From: Rhina ancylostomus
Taxonomy: Eukaryota
NCBI GenBank assembly: GCA_030265395.1
Contig: JARFYF010000074.1
Location: 93,278,239-93,342,238, forward strand
Length of the DNA stretch: 64,000 nucleotides
Reading direction: 5' to 3'
Position numbers and translations under genes: made by a program. Of the stretch, positions 1-12,165 are shown in pieces; position 1 is the stretch's first letter, and each line of letters opens with the position of its first letter. The notes below the pieces were generated by a model. It worked only from the letters and a program-made list of their open reading frames with translations. It ran no database searches and had not been told where the DNA came from.

Positions 1-1565
1 AAAATTTTGCACCGATTAGCCAGTTAAATAGTCTTTATTGTGGGTAAAATATCCAGCGAATGTTTGCTTGGACAACAGAAATAGTAAGAGATTTGAGAGC
101 TGCAAATGGTGTATAGCATGAGGAAAGATCCAATGAAGACTTTTTAATCAGCTAATCAGAAGGAAACAGTATGAAAAACAATATGAACCCTTCAGGGACT
201 GGATGTGAGGAAATATCATTATGGTTTAAAAACTATTGGGCTTGTTGAATTAATTCCTCACAAATGAAAACTGGATAAAGAGTCATTCAGGAAACTAAAG
301 CTTGTAGAGCTCGATCCAGCAATTTTTGAATCAGCTCAAGGAATTCTACAGTACACCCAGGCTAGAGGATAAATCTCCAGAGAAATAAGTGAGGAAATAT
401 TCAGGGCGAGGGAGAATGTTTTTCTTTTAAGAACAGTGTAGATATGCTTGTGGATGAAGTATAATATAATGCAAAAAACATTGAAACTAGCTACAAATGA
501 AAAAAATGAAGAATCTGGCTCCACTCAGATCAATGTATCCTTGTGTATTTAAACATTGAGCTTTATCCCCAATGCCACATGCCAGGAGCCAATTAATACT
601 GGGTTATACCATGTAAAGATGCATTACTGCTTTATTCAATGGTGATGCACCTGTGTGGGATTGTACATATAATGCCATTACACACTTCAACAAAATTTAG
701 TAATCATTTTACTGTTGAAATAAAATTTAATTCAAAACATTGCAGTGGTTAGAATTTCCCCTGAACACTGGATGTGTGTCAAGTATAATTTTGTTCTTCC
801 AAAAAAGGAAGTGTTGACACAAGTTACATTGAGTTACTCCCTCATTCAGCAGCAGACACATACTGTATCTGTCCTCAACTTCATGTGAGTACCTTATTTC
901 ATTGTCCTTTAAAAGAAGATGATATGTCACTACTGTACATATCAAATTCTCACTATTGAGAAATAACTGCATTTAGACAGCAGTGCACAATGAAAACATA
1001 TCTAGGCAATGATTCTATCTGGCAAACAGGTCCAGAGGTAGAAATAACAGCGACTGAAGTTTTACCACTGATGTTAGCAGTATTCCTTTGTACTCTCCAT
1101 TCTGGACAGAGTTCTGTAAGGATTGTGATTAATTTTTACTTGTACTTGGAAAGATTGACAGTACTTTTTCGTTGTATTTATTCTCCTTGAACTATTTACT
1201 ATATTAATGTTGTTTGTTAATGGTGCATTTTTCTTAAGGGTTAAATTACATTGCAAGGTATTAAATCAAGTTGTGTTGAAATTCTATGTTAAGCGATAAA
1301 TCAGGGCTTGGATTGAACTTAGTTGAGGCTTGTTTCTCTAACAAAGCACAAACTGCAAATATGTAATTTTTGAAATTATATAACATGTTGCATTGGTATT
1401 AATATTTCTGATTTGATTAATTATCACAATCTTTAAGAACATTATTAATGGACATTTTATAAAGTTTCATAAGTAAATTTAGTCACAAAATATAAAAATA
1501 ATTTTTTGATTTCATAATTTTTAAAAAATCTTTATTTCATTTCTTCATTCAAATCTTCATTTCTT

Positions 1566-3122
1566 CTTCTGAAACAATTAGTTTACATCACTGATTAAAT
1601 ACAATTCCATTTTTGAAGTATATGCTGGGATTAATACCAATATGTCATGGATCGGTCCATGATGACGTTCACTGTAAATGTGTCACTATTTTATATCCAT
1701 TCTTTTATCATGTGTACTTGGTTTTTGATCCCTTATCCTTTTAATATTAAAATACCTTGTAAGATGGTAGACAAGAGAGATTAACTGGTGTTCAATATCG
1801 ATTAATCTTTTATTTAACGATTCTGAGAAGGGATAACTTGATGGATCTACTGTGGAAATCGGAAATAAACACTTCAAAACTTTTCAAATTTGCCTTTTGG
1901 CTTATCTATAAATAATTTATAAAATAATCAAACAGCAAATAACTACATTTGTATTGAGAGTCTTGGAGAACTTTGCTTTTGTCAAATTAAATGCTACTGA
2001 TACATTAATGAAGTTTGGAACATAGCATGTTGTTAGATTGCACAATATAACTTCAACTGACAGCCACAGCTCTAGACATAAATATTGTGATAATAGACAG
2101 ACTTTTGAGAATATCAGAGAGACACAGATCTTTATGATTACCATTAGAAGATATAATAATGATTAAATTTGAAATAATGCACACAAATATAATTTTAAAA
2201 CTTCCTGGACATTAATATTTCAGTTATAGAATGACAATTGAATTTACAGACTGTATTTTGAGTGACCTAAATATTTATCAATAATATGAAATTGCAAAAT
2301 TGATAACAATGATTTTTTGGTTGTAAATGTTCATGTTCTGTTCTCCAGTATAAATATTTAACAATTCCTCATAACTAGAGAAGAAAAGTAATTTTTCTAC
2401 CACAGATATAAGATATTGACAAAGGAGGTAATGCAGCAAGTATCCATAAAAATTGTGTATAATTAATATTTAATTTATGTTTTCCTTATGAATGTTGTGT
2501 ATCCGATGTTATGTGCCTGTGATGCTTCTGTAAGTTTTTCATTGCTCCTGTGCATACATTTATTTGTGCCTATGACAATAAACTTAACTTTGACTTTAAA
2601 TGGTGCTTACCTCCTGAACCAGGTAATATTTGTCAAGCACTTTCAAGAAATTTCTTCTTTTCTTCAACCAGATGAATGCTCCTTAATGTATTGGTAGCAT
2701 TTAATTTGACAAAGGCAAAGATGTTCTCTGAGACTCTTAATACAAATGTCATTATTTGCTGTTTGATTCAAAATTATTTATAGATAAGCCAAAAGGCAAA
2801 TTTGAAAAGTTTTGAAGTGTTTATTTCCGATTGCCACAGCAGCTCCATCAAGTTATCCCTTCTCAGAATCGTTAAATAAAAGATTAATAGATATTGAACT
2901 CCAGCTACTCTCTCATCTACCATCTTACAAGGTATTTTAATAGTAAAAAGGATAAGGGGTTAAAAACCAAGTATGCATGATAAAGGAATGGATATAAAAT
3001 AGTGACACATTTACAGTGAATGTTATCATGGACTAATCCACAACATATTGGTATTAATTCCACAATATAATTCAAAAATGGAATTGTATTTAATCAGTTA
3101 TGTAAATTAATGTTTTCAGAAG
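1566..3122. repeat. Long imperfect inverted repeat, arms ~1566-2008 and ~2683-3122, spacer ~675 bp
   Basis: Arms are reverse complements over their length, e.g. 1801 ATTAATCTTTTATTTAACGATTCTGAGAAGGGATAACTTGATGGA vs TCCATCAAGTTATCCCTTCTCAGAATCGTTAAATAAAAGATTAAT at ~2845-2888. Scattered mismatches and small indels. Confidence 0.95.
2455..2597 (+). mobile_element. 3' tail of a LINE/SINE inside the inverted-repeat spacer
   Basis: ...GTGCCTGTGATGCTTCTGTAAGTTTTTCATTGC...TATGACAATAAACTTAACTTTGACTTT: AATAAA followed by an (ACTTTG)-type tail typical of retroelement 3' ends. Confidence 0.55.
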
Positions 3123-3750
3123 GCATAAATGTTCCTTTATTACAAAAATGTGCTTCTTCTGGTTGTTCATTGGGAAAGGTAAGGGAATCTGCTGGTGATG
3201 CAATATACACACAGCACTTTAAAAAATGATGTGTATTGGATCTCAAATGTAAAATATGCTGTTTTTCTGTTTGTAACCAATATCCTGTTAATCAGTCTTT
3301 TTCTTGGCAAAGCACATTATAACCACTACATTCATAAATGTAGTGAAGTAGTGCAGCTTTACTACAGAGATGGCTTTAAATACAGTGGTAATCTTAAAAG
3401 TAGTGGCTTTGAAACAATCCTATATGGTTTTCCTATTCAATTAAGTCCATCGATCTGTCAACACCTAGCAGAGTTTAATGATTAGTTTGTACTAAATGCT
3501 CACACTTGCTAAAGAGAGAGAGAGGAATTTTAATACATAATGTTTAAAATAGTGAATTATACTTTCCCATATTTTATTCACCCAGAGGATGTGAACGTGA
3601 CTGATAAAGGCAGCATTTAATGCATGCCACTCCAGCTGCCATGGTGCGATTCAAAATCACATCATGAGATCTATAGCCCAAACCTCTGTATATTAATAAA
3701 GTAGTTTAATTGTGATTCACCATATCTTATAACATCAGTACATTAGGTAT

Positions 3751-3830
3751 GAGTTCTGATGAAGGGCCGAAATTATAACTCGTTTTCTCTTTCCCGTAGG
3801 TGCTGCCTGACCTGCTTTCCAGCTTTCTTT
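3751..3830 (+). mobile_element. Degenerate Penelope pseudo-LTR fragment with decayed hammerhead motif
   Basis: GAGTT-CTGATGA-AGGGCC-GAAATTAT-AACTC followed by GGTGCTGCCTGACCTGCT...TTCCAGC, the same family as 22301 and 41281. Confidence 0.55.
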
Positions 3831-4324
3831 GTTTTATTACATTAGGTCAATCTTGTTGCCTTTCGCAATGATTCAAAGGCTGTTACTCTCTCTAAACTTC
3901 TGTTTCACCTCAGACTTTTGTGAACTGGAATATGGTCTAACAAAAATGAAATGGCGTTGCTTCCCCTTCATTGACTTATCCTCAATGAAACTCTGTTGGA
4001 CTTTTCCAAAGCCACCTCAAAACCATGTTGTTCAACTGTGCCATCATCTCCCAAATCAAAACTTGTCATACTTTTCAAATTGTCTGATTAATGTAGGTTG
4101 CTTTTTACATTACTTAACATAAATTTTGCTGCTTCTTCCTGCTTGTGAGACATGCTGCGGAAATCCGTCACTTCTGCCTGTTGATCTGTATAAATCAAAG
4201 CACTCTTCCTCCATTCTACACAATTGCTATCAAAGCATCTTCCTTTGAAATGTATTTATATTTTATTGATAATTTAGTGCATTGACACACACCAATTAAA
4301 ATAAGTGTCTTAATTGCCTGTCTC

Positions 4325-4515
4325 AAGAGTGCATGGAATGGGCTGCCAGCAAGGGTGGTGGAGGCGGATACGACAGGGTCTTTTAAGAGACTGTTGGATA
4401 GGTACCTGGAGATGAGGAAAATAGAGGGCTATGGGTAAGCCTAGTCATTTCTAGGGTAGGGACATGTTCAGCACAGCTTTGTGGGCCGAAGGGCCTGCAT
4501 AGTGCTGTAGGTTTT
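4325..4515 (+). mobile_element. CR1 LINE 3' end fragment
   Basis: TGGAATGGGCTGCCAGC...GTGGTGGAGGCGGATAC...TTGGATAGGTAC...GGGCCGAAGGGCCTG: WNxLP terminal RT segment and the CR1 3'UTR. Confidence 0.75.
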
Positions 4516-5089
4516 TACACTTTATCTGTCTTTAGTGAATGCTGCTTAATTGCACATGGAATAAATGAATGAACCTGATAAGCTAGTTCCATTTTAGTAC
4601 CCTGAATCAGAAAATAGCAGCGTACATTGAAAGTTGTGACCTTGTGTTGTGCATTTGTTGTTCCACTGTCTGTACAAGTTAATTGGACTCCTTCAGCTTT
4701 TGGTTAAATTATTCTCACGGAGCTGTTTGGTAAAAAAAAAGACACATTAAAAATGACAAATCCAGTTCCACCAATAGTCGAGGGCAGAGTGGCAAAATCA
4801 CATCCCATGAACCAGTCATGGAGTCAGAGCATGGGGAAGCAGCCTTTAATGTAAGGTCAGTTCTTACACTTACTTTGTGTTGCATAGCTATTTAGATGCA
4901 TGTATAATTTGTGTGATACGAGTTTTTGGCCTGGGAGATTTAGGAATTGGCTGATACTTGGGATTATTCCTTCAATGTTGAATAAAGCCTAATTCATAAT
5001 ACCAATATTCTTAAGTATTAATAATCTGAAATATTTGAAAATGCATGGGGATTATGATCTCAATCTTATATATTCTTTACCAGCACAAT

Positions 5090-6520
5090 AATGTAGAAAT
5101 ATAGGAGCTGGAGTAGGTTTCAGGAGTTGCATTCAGCCCTACGAGACTGCCCTGCCATTCAATAAGATCACGGTTGATCCTTTATCTCAATTCCATATTC
5201 CCACTCTCTCCCCTGTACCCTTTAATGTGTTTTATGTCTAGATATCTGACTACCACCTTCTTAAATATATCCAGTAAATTGATCTCCAGTGCCTTTTGTG
5301 GTGAAGAATTCCATAGTCTCACCAGCCAATGTATGAAAGAATTTCTTTTTATTTTAGTGCCAAGTGTCTTACCTCATTTTCTGATACTGTGATCTCTAGT
5401 TCTAGATTCTCCTGTACCCAGCCTGTTGAGACCTGTCAGAATTTTGTACATTTCAATTAGATCTCATCTCTTTCTTCTAAACTCTAGTGAATACAGACCT
5501 AGTCAACTCAATCTCTTCTCATAAGGCAGTGCCACCATCCCAGCAATTGATCTGGTGAACATCCACTGAACTCTGTCTATGGCAAATTTTGGTATATGTT
5601 GTGAATAGCTGGGACTCGCATACTGATCCCAGTGGTTAACACCTGATGCCCAGAAAATGTCCCACTCCTTCCCACTCTCTGTTTCCTATCTGTCAATCAA
5701 TTTTGAATCCATGTCGGGATATAACCCCAATCCCACGTATTTTTATTTTGTTCACTAAGCTCCTCTGTGGGACTTTATTAAAACCCAAATACATCAGTTC
5801 TACTGGTTTCTCCTTATCTCTTCTACCAGTTACATCCTCAAAAACACTTTAGTTGATTTGTCAAACATGAGATCCATTCACAGATCCATGTTGACTTTGT
5901 TTAATCCAGTTAGTTTTTCCTAAGTGTTGCGTTCTCACATCCTTTGCAATAGAGTCCAGCAGTTTCCCTACTACTGATGGTAGGCTAATGGGTCTGTAGT
6001 TTCCTGTTTTCTCTTAACCTATCTTTTTAAATAGTTGGGCTACATTTGCCACCCTCCAATCTACAGGAACTATTCCATAATTTATAGAATTTTAGAACTT
6101 GACAACCATAGCATCCAGTGTTTCCATAGTTAACCCTTTCATTTCAGGGGTGCAGAATATAGGCCATTGCAATTTGTTGATTTTCACCCCCATTCATTTT
6201 TCCAGCACTTTTTTTTACTTATACTATTTTTGTTAGTTCTTCATTTTCATTGGATTCATCACCCACTAACATTTTAGGAAGTTATTTGTGTTCCCTTCTG
6301 CAAACACAAAATCAAAGTATTGCTCTAACATTTCTTTATTCACCATTATAAATTCTGCCCTATCTAACTGTAAGGGCTTACCTTTAACTTCACTCATCTT
6401 TTCTATGTTTGTAAAATTTTTACAGACTTCTTTCATGCTTTCTCCAGGACTATTCTCATGTTCTATCTTTGCTCTTTTAATCAATCTCTTGGCCCACCTT
6501 TGCTGAGTTCTCCAACCTAC
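5090..6520 (-). mobile_element. Decayed CR1 LINE (RT and 3'UTR segments, internally deleted)
   Basis: Reverse-strand CR1 hallmarks (ENYRPISL-like motif at ~5980-6010, 3'UTR at ~5090-5200); many stops. Confidence 0.75.
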
Positions 6521-7423
6521 CCTGCTGTACACCTATACAACACGATGACAAGTTTAAACACTCACTTAGAAAGTAATGGCAAAACAAACTAATCTAAAAT
6601 GTTGATTGCAGAATCCGTTGGCACGATGTTGAATTATTTAAGAATGGGGCTGCAATAGATATATTGTACAATTCAATGCTTGGGGCTAAAATGAGCAAAG
6701 CCCTCACCATTACTCATAGTTGCCTTTGCAGCTGGAATAGGAACTGTAAATGACATTGGGGAATCCAACACAGAGGCATCACAGAGAGAAAAGTTGAGCA
6801 AGTCACTTCAAGAGTACTGGAGGCAATAGCATGCAAACACTGGAAAGAGCCATTAAAATTTTCTGCTCTTTGTGGAGCCATTCTGACTAATGATCTGCTG
6901 GGTTTAATGCATGTTCTGACTGGGACAACTGACTTCCAGGGGAGTCCCACAGACCCCAATGCTGCATTCAGCCATGAAATACCAACAGCAAAGGTAAAAT
7001 GACTGTGTGTTTAATTTATACATCTACAGTTTTTGGTCACGTCCTTGACATTGGAAGTTCTCAGGATGAGAACAATAAGAGCAATGGCTAGGGATAGATG
7101 TTTGATGTGATAAGTAAAATAAATAGTAGATACTTTGTTACATGAATCTTTTTCCATTATAATTTGAATAAAACACTTTAACAATTAATATTTAACATCA
7201 TATAATAACACCCAACAAACAATTGGGTTATGATTCCAGGGTTAATGTCATGGTGTCTCCTTTCATCTGACTGATTAATTAATCAATCCATGGTTTTAAT
7301 GGTGAAAATGTGTTAGATGATAGAGGTACACCCAGCCTATCTACAATGCAAGAAGAAAATCAATGACAATAAATTCAGTGTTTTCATTGTTTCCTTTTCT
7401 ATTTTTTATAGAACGCATCAGTA

Positions 7424-7481
7424 ATGACACCATTAGGAAATCAATTGCTTCTTATTTTACTACATTCCCTTCTCACTGAAG
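7424..7481 (+). CDS. IgSF receptor gene, leader (signal peptide) exon
   Basis: Acceptor ttttttatAG at 7410-7411, ATG 7424, MTPLGNQLLLILLHSLLTE(G) hydrophobic leader, phase-1 donor G|GTAAGA at 7482 matching the phase-1 acceptor of the V exon. Confidence 0.8.
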
Positions 7482-7944
7482 GTAAGAGAGCTCACAATGT
7501 CTTATTTAATTTCACATCAGAGAGCTACAAAAATATTCTCCTACTGTTTAACACCACCCAGCCAGTCCTTGTTCTCTTCCTCCTTGTCTTGCTTTTAATT
7601 GGAGGCCATTGTTATAGCTGGCAGAATGAAGCATGATCTTCCGTTATCCTTCTCCTTCACCATCCTGCCAAATTTGTTGCATTCCAGCTGGCTTGTGTGC
7701 AGAGCTTTTATCCTGTGAATGGGTGTTTTAAAACTGACCCCTTTAACCTTCCTGTTGAAGTGGAAGTTGCACTTGAAACATTCAGCTGATATTCTTTTGG
7801 AAAGTTTAAGTCAATTTGCAAAATTTGGCAGATGGAGATATGAGTAAGTTAGCAATAAAAAATGAAAATGCTGGAAATATTCAACAGGTCAGGCAACAGT
7901 TGTGGGGGGAGAAACAACTTAAGGTCAATGATCCGTCATAGACT

Positions 7945-8815
7945 CATAAAGTCATAGAGAAACGCAGCGCAGAAGTGGACCCTTCCGCCCATCACATCCA
8001 TGCCAACCTTTGTGTCCGTCTGCACTAATCCTATTTGCCTGCATTAGGACTGTATCCTTCTGTGCCTTGCCTATTTAAGAGTCAGTCTGAATGCATCTTA
8101 AACATAGTAAATGTATCTGATTTCACCATCTTTTCTGGCAGCACTTTACAGATATCTGTATAAAAAACTTTCCTTTCAGTTTCCCTTTAAACCTTCTACC
8201 TCTCACCTTAAAACAATGACATTTGATTTTTGATACCCCTACAATGGGTAAAAGATTCTGATTTTCTACCCTATCTATGCCCCTCCTTATCTTATCTACT
8301 TTCAGCAGTTCGCGGGGGGGGGGGGGGGGNNNNNNNNNNCTTTCATCAGTTCACCCCCCCCCTTCACCACCCCCCTCCCAGCCTCCTTAGCTCCAGGGAA
8401 AACAAACCCAGCTTATCCAATCTCTGCCATGACTAAAGTCCCCCAATCCAGGCAACGTCCTGGTGAATCTCCTCTGCAGTCTCTCCAATACAATCAAATC
8501 CTTTCTATAGAGTGGCAATCAGAGGTGCATACAATTTTGTAAGGATGCAACATAACATCCCAGCTCTTTGTTTCTGTACCCTGCATGCCATGTGATTTCT
8601 TCACCACCCTATTGACCTGTGTTGCCACTGTCAAGGAACTATAGACTTAGACCCCTAGATCTCTCTGTCCATCAACTTTCCGTAGTGACCGACCATTTAC
8701 TATATACTGTATGCCCTTCCCACTATTTGACTTCCCAAATTACATCATCTCACACTTGTCAGGGTTAAATTCCATCTGCCAGTCTGTCCAACTTTCCATC
8801 TGACCTATATCCTGC
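7945..8815 (-). mobile_element. Decayed CR1 LINE inserted into a Penelope-derived short element
   Basis: CR1 3'UTR and RT remnants on the reverse strand; flanks (~7860-7935 AAATGCTGGAAATATTCAACAGGTCAGGC, ~9090-9165 GCTGAGTATCTCCAGCATTTT-like) resemble the two halves of the palindromic element at 58920. Confidence 0.65.
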
Positions 8816-9382
8816 TGAAAAGTATTATAACTGTTGAAAGGTTAACTCTGTTGAGCAACAAGGCCACAGTCTATCCCACCCCTGCTCAGGGACATATGAA
8901 AGTAATTCAACAAATTTAAGAGCAGCAATCTTTCAATAAGGAGTGACAATGGTCCCTGGGATGAGGCCTGAGATCTAGTCATTACTCATGGACCACACCA
9001 CCTTGCTGGATGGTTGCTGCAGCAAGGCCACCGGGACACCCAGGGCCCTCTTCTGTGCTGCTTTTCTCTATGACTCCATGAAACAGTATTGACCTTAAGT
9101 TGGTTCTCCCTCCACAACTGTTGCCCGATCTGTTGAGTATCTCCAGCATTTTCGGTTTTTATTGCTAACTTACTCATATCTCCCCATGTTATCACCCCAT
9201 CTGCCAAATTTTTGCATACTGGACTCAGGGCTGAAATGCAACCATGGCATAGTACAGGCAGCTATACTGAAGGTGAACTGACCTTGATTTGAAATGTAAT
9301 AATATGTAATGCACAAGCTGGGAGGTAGATTATTAATGTTGACTGTTCTGCACAAATTAATTCTGTTTATTTTTATCCCAAG

Positions 9383-9748
9383 GAAAATACCAGAATTTGA
9401 TGGTTTCTCAGACACCATCCATGATAAAAGCACTGAAAGGACAGACAGTAGAAATAAGTTGTTCCTACAGCCATGAAAACTATGAACAACTGTTGATTAA
9501 ATGGCAAAGAAATAACTCTGCACAGGAGCTTTGTGATTATGTTTTCAATAGATATAAGACAAATTACAGTCAATGGCAATGTATACAACGTACTAACATT
9601 ATGCTGGACCACTCAACAAATTCGTTTATATTAACAATCGGCGATCTTCAGTTGAATGACTCTGACATATACTTCTGCTGGATTTACCTTGAAATACCCC
9701 CTCCTGTACAAGGGGTAAAAGGTAAAGGCACCAACCTATCAGTGGAAG
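9383..9748 (+). CDS. IgSF receptor gene, germline-joined VJ-type V-domain exon (CD28/TMIGD2/NKp30-like)
   Basis: Acceptor AG 9381-9382, donor G|GTGAGT at 9749, phase 1 both ends. Open frame KYQNLMVSQTPS..VEISC..KW..LTIGDLQLNDSDIYFC..GKGTNLSVE has B-strand Cys, C-strand Trp, DxxxYxC and a J-like GxGT motif in one exon. Confidence 0.93.
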
Positions 9749-10289
9749 GTGAGTTTCTCTGATTGATAGCCCATAAAACAAGGTAACACAAAAACTGGAA
9801 AGGAATAATAATGATGACTGGTAATTTGATGTTCATCTTTGTAGTACAGGTAAACTGTTCCTGTGGGATCATCTGGACCTGATCCCCATCCATCCATGTT
9901 GACTAGGATACCAGATAAATATCTTGCTTTTCACTGCACAATACAAAAGGTTCCTTACCTCAATAGACAGACAAGCTTCTGGGGGCAACTTTTCCTTGCC
10001 CTAGAGGTTGCGTGATATTCCAGTCTCTCAGAGATGGCAGGCTGCTAAGTGATTATTCCAAATGTACAGAGAAACCAGTGCAAAAGTCTAACCTCAAATT
10101 GCACCAGGGGTAACAGGCTGGCAACCTTCACTCCTGGCTTCCCAAACTTCTCACAGGGTGAAAATCTGCCCACAATTTTCTTTCAGTCAACTAAATCAGG
10201 GAGTTTGATCTGAGATCAGAGCCAATAGTGAGTATAAAGTGTGGAAGGAAATGTTTATCCTTCCACTTTGCTCCCATTAGTGCTTCTCA

Positions 10290-10515
10290 TGCTTTGGATT
10301 ACTGGTTGAAATGTGATCACTGTTGTGTATAGGCAAACACAGCAATTAGATTAAATGAAGCAAGATCCCACAATGACAATGCAATGAATGGCTAGTCAAT
10401 GAGTTTTTGATGGTTGACAGATAAACATTGACTAGGGTACCAGATGAATATCTTACTTTTCACTGCACAGTACTATAGATTTCTTAACTCAATAGACAGG
10501 CAAGCTTCTGGTTGC
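10290..10515 (+). mobile_element. Deu-domain SINE (SacSINE1/AmnSINE-like) relic; an ~85 bp part is duplicated at ~9898-9983
   Basis: AGGCAAACACAGCAATT...GCAAGATCCCACAA...GATAAACATTGACTAGGGTACCAG resembles the Deu domain; 9901 GACTAGGATACCAGATAAATATCTTGCTTTTCACTGCAC matches 10430 GACTAGGGTACCAGATGAATATCTTACTTTTCACTGCAC. Confidence 0.5.
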
Positions 10516-10959
10516 ATTAGCCCACATTGCAAGGTTTTGCCATTTATTCATTTAACCATTCATCAATTGCTGTTAAGTTTAGGCCCCCTGGAGTCATGAA
10601 CTTACTGGTTGAATGCTGCTAAACTTTACCAGTTGCCCTTGATGGCTCAGCTCCCCACAGGGTTCAATTGCAGAGATCCTATACACTTACATTAGGGAAT
10701 CTGCTCACAGATCCTGCACCGATTCAAACTGTGCACGACTGCAAGTAAGAAAGGGAAGAATAAAGTAAGTTGGCAAGTTGCATCATTTATGTGCTTTAAT
10801 TACTTAATGTGTTTAAAGTATTTTTTAAATAATGTTTACATTTTTCTGACAAATTATTTAATTTCAGTGGTTTTAAAACTGCTTCTGAATATCAAGGACA
10901 CTCAGAAGGATTGGAAACCTCAACAAAAGCTAGAGTTGGGGGCTGGCTTTTCTACCTAG

Positions 10960-11290
10960 AGTCACAGAATCATGGAGAGATACAGCATGGAAACAGGCCC
11001 TTCAGTCCACTGAGTCCATGCCAAGCATCAAACACACATTTATGCTAATCCTTGATTAATCCCTTGTTTTTATTCTCTGCAAATTCTCATCAGTTTCCCT
11101 CATCTACATACTAGGGGCAACTTACAATGGTTCATTCACATCTTTGGGATGTGGGAGGAAACCAAAGCATCTGGAAGAAATCCATGTGGTCACAGGGAGA
11201 ATGTGGAAACTTCACACAGACAGTGCCCGAGGTCAGTATTGAACCCGGGTCTCCAGTGTCTGAGCCAGAGGATTTACTAGCTGTGCCACT
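10960..11290 (-). mobile_element. tRNA-derived V-SINE (HE1-like) with CR1-type tail
   Basis: TTTGGGATGTGGGAGGAAACC...GGTCACAGGGAGAATGTGGAAACTTCACACAGAC...TTGAACCCGGGTCTC is the reverse complement of the V-domain and B-box. Confidence 0.75.
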
Positions 11291-11719
11291 GTGCTTATCA
11301 AAGATCTCCTGGACAGGCCCACCCACATCAATCCATTTTGTCACTGGAGGCTCTACCATCACTCAGGGTCTTGCTGTCAGACTCCAGGGCCATCTTGGCT
11401 GGCAAGATCAGTCTTCAGGGCATAAAATATACATCTGAGGGTTTTGGGAACATGATTTGTGAGTGCACCCAATATATCCACCTCAACAAAATCTGAGCCA
11501 TTAATTCTCCCTTCCCTCTTCATAGGAGCTCACTCACCTGATGGTTATTTCCAGTACTTTCTGCTTTTATTTCTGACATTGGCTTTTGAATAATGATGTC
11601 ACTGCAAAGCACATTGTAAACTTCACAAAAAACAGTTGAAGGAAGACTGGGAAGTAATGCAAGGCAGTGTGGACAATGCAAAGAAAGGGTCTAATCTGCT
11701 TTTGCTCTTCATTTTTCAG

Positions 11720-12066
11720 CTTGCCCAAGGGTCCACCTAAAAGCAGAGCTTCTGCCTTCCCCTAATGAGGGTGGACAGCTCACCTGTGCATCACTGGAAT
11801 TCTACCCTGGCAGCATTCAAGTGTCCTGGTTTAGAGATGAACAGTTAATCACCAATGGGACAGAGGACGGGCCCCTCTATTCCAACAGTGACGGCTCATT
11901 CTCCATCACAAGTTTCTTGAATCTTTCTCTATCTGACTGGAACAATGGTGGGAATTATTCCTGTCAGGTGAACCATTCAAGGCTCTCCAAACCTATCACT
12001 CAACTATGCCCAAGCTTTTTGTCCATTTATACTGACCCCATTTTCCTGCATACTTCTATCTGCTGA
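11720..12066 (+). CDS. IgSF receptor gene, C1-set domain exon; no 3' splice donor, reads to stop at 12064-12066
   Basis: Acceptor atttttcAG 11718-11719, phase 1. (A)CPRVHLKAE..QLTCASLEFYPGSIQVSWF..NSDGSFSITSFL..DW..YSCQVNHSRLSKPIT carries the C1 signatures FYP, W, DGSF and YxCxVxH. Confidence 0.88.
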
Positions 12067-12165
12067 CATACACCTTCTTCGCTCCCCTATTGCCACTTTC
12101 GGGAACTTTGAACTTTAACTCCAAGGTCACTCTGTCAACATTCACTAGCACCTTATCATTTATGA
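12060..12165 (-). mobile_element. CR1 fragment abutting the C1 exon
   Basis: TTGCCACTTTCGGGAACTTTGAACTTTAACTCCAAGGTCACTCTGTC..CCTTATCATTTA resembles the CR1 copy at ~8620-8700 (TTGCCACTGTCAAGGAACTATAGACTTAGACCCCTAGATCTCTCTGTC..CCATTTA). Confidence 0.55.

Noticed and set aside
1686-1877. 63 aa ORF within the inverted-repeat arm
   Set aside because: No recognisable motif or splice context; consistent with a chance ORF.
9383-12066. Rearranging Ig/TCR locus, or CD47
   Set aside because: V and J strands share one exon with no recombination signal between them; CD47 has no C1 domain and has five TM segments.
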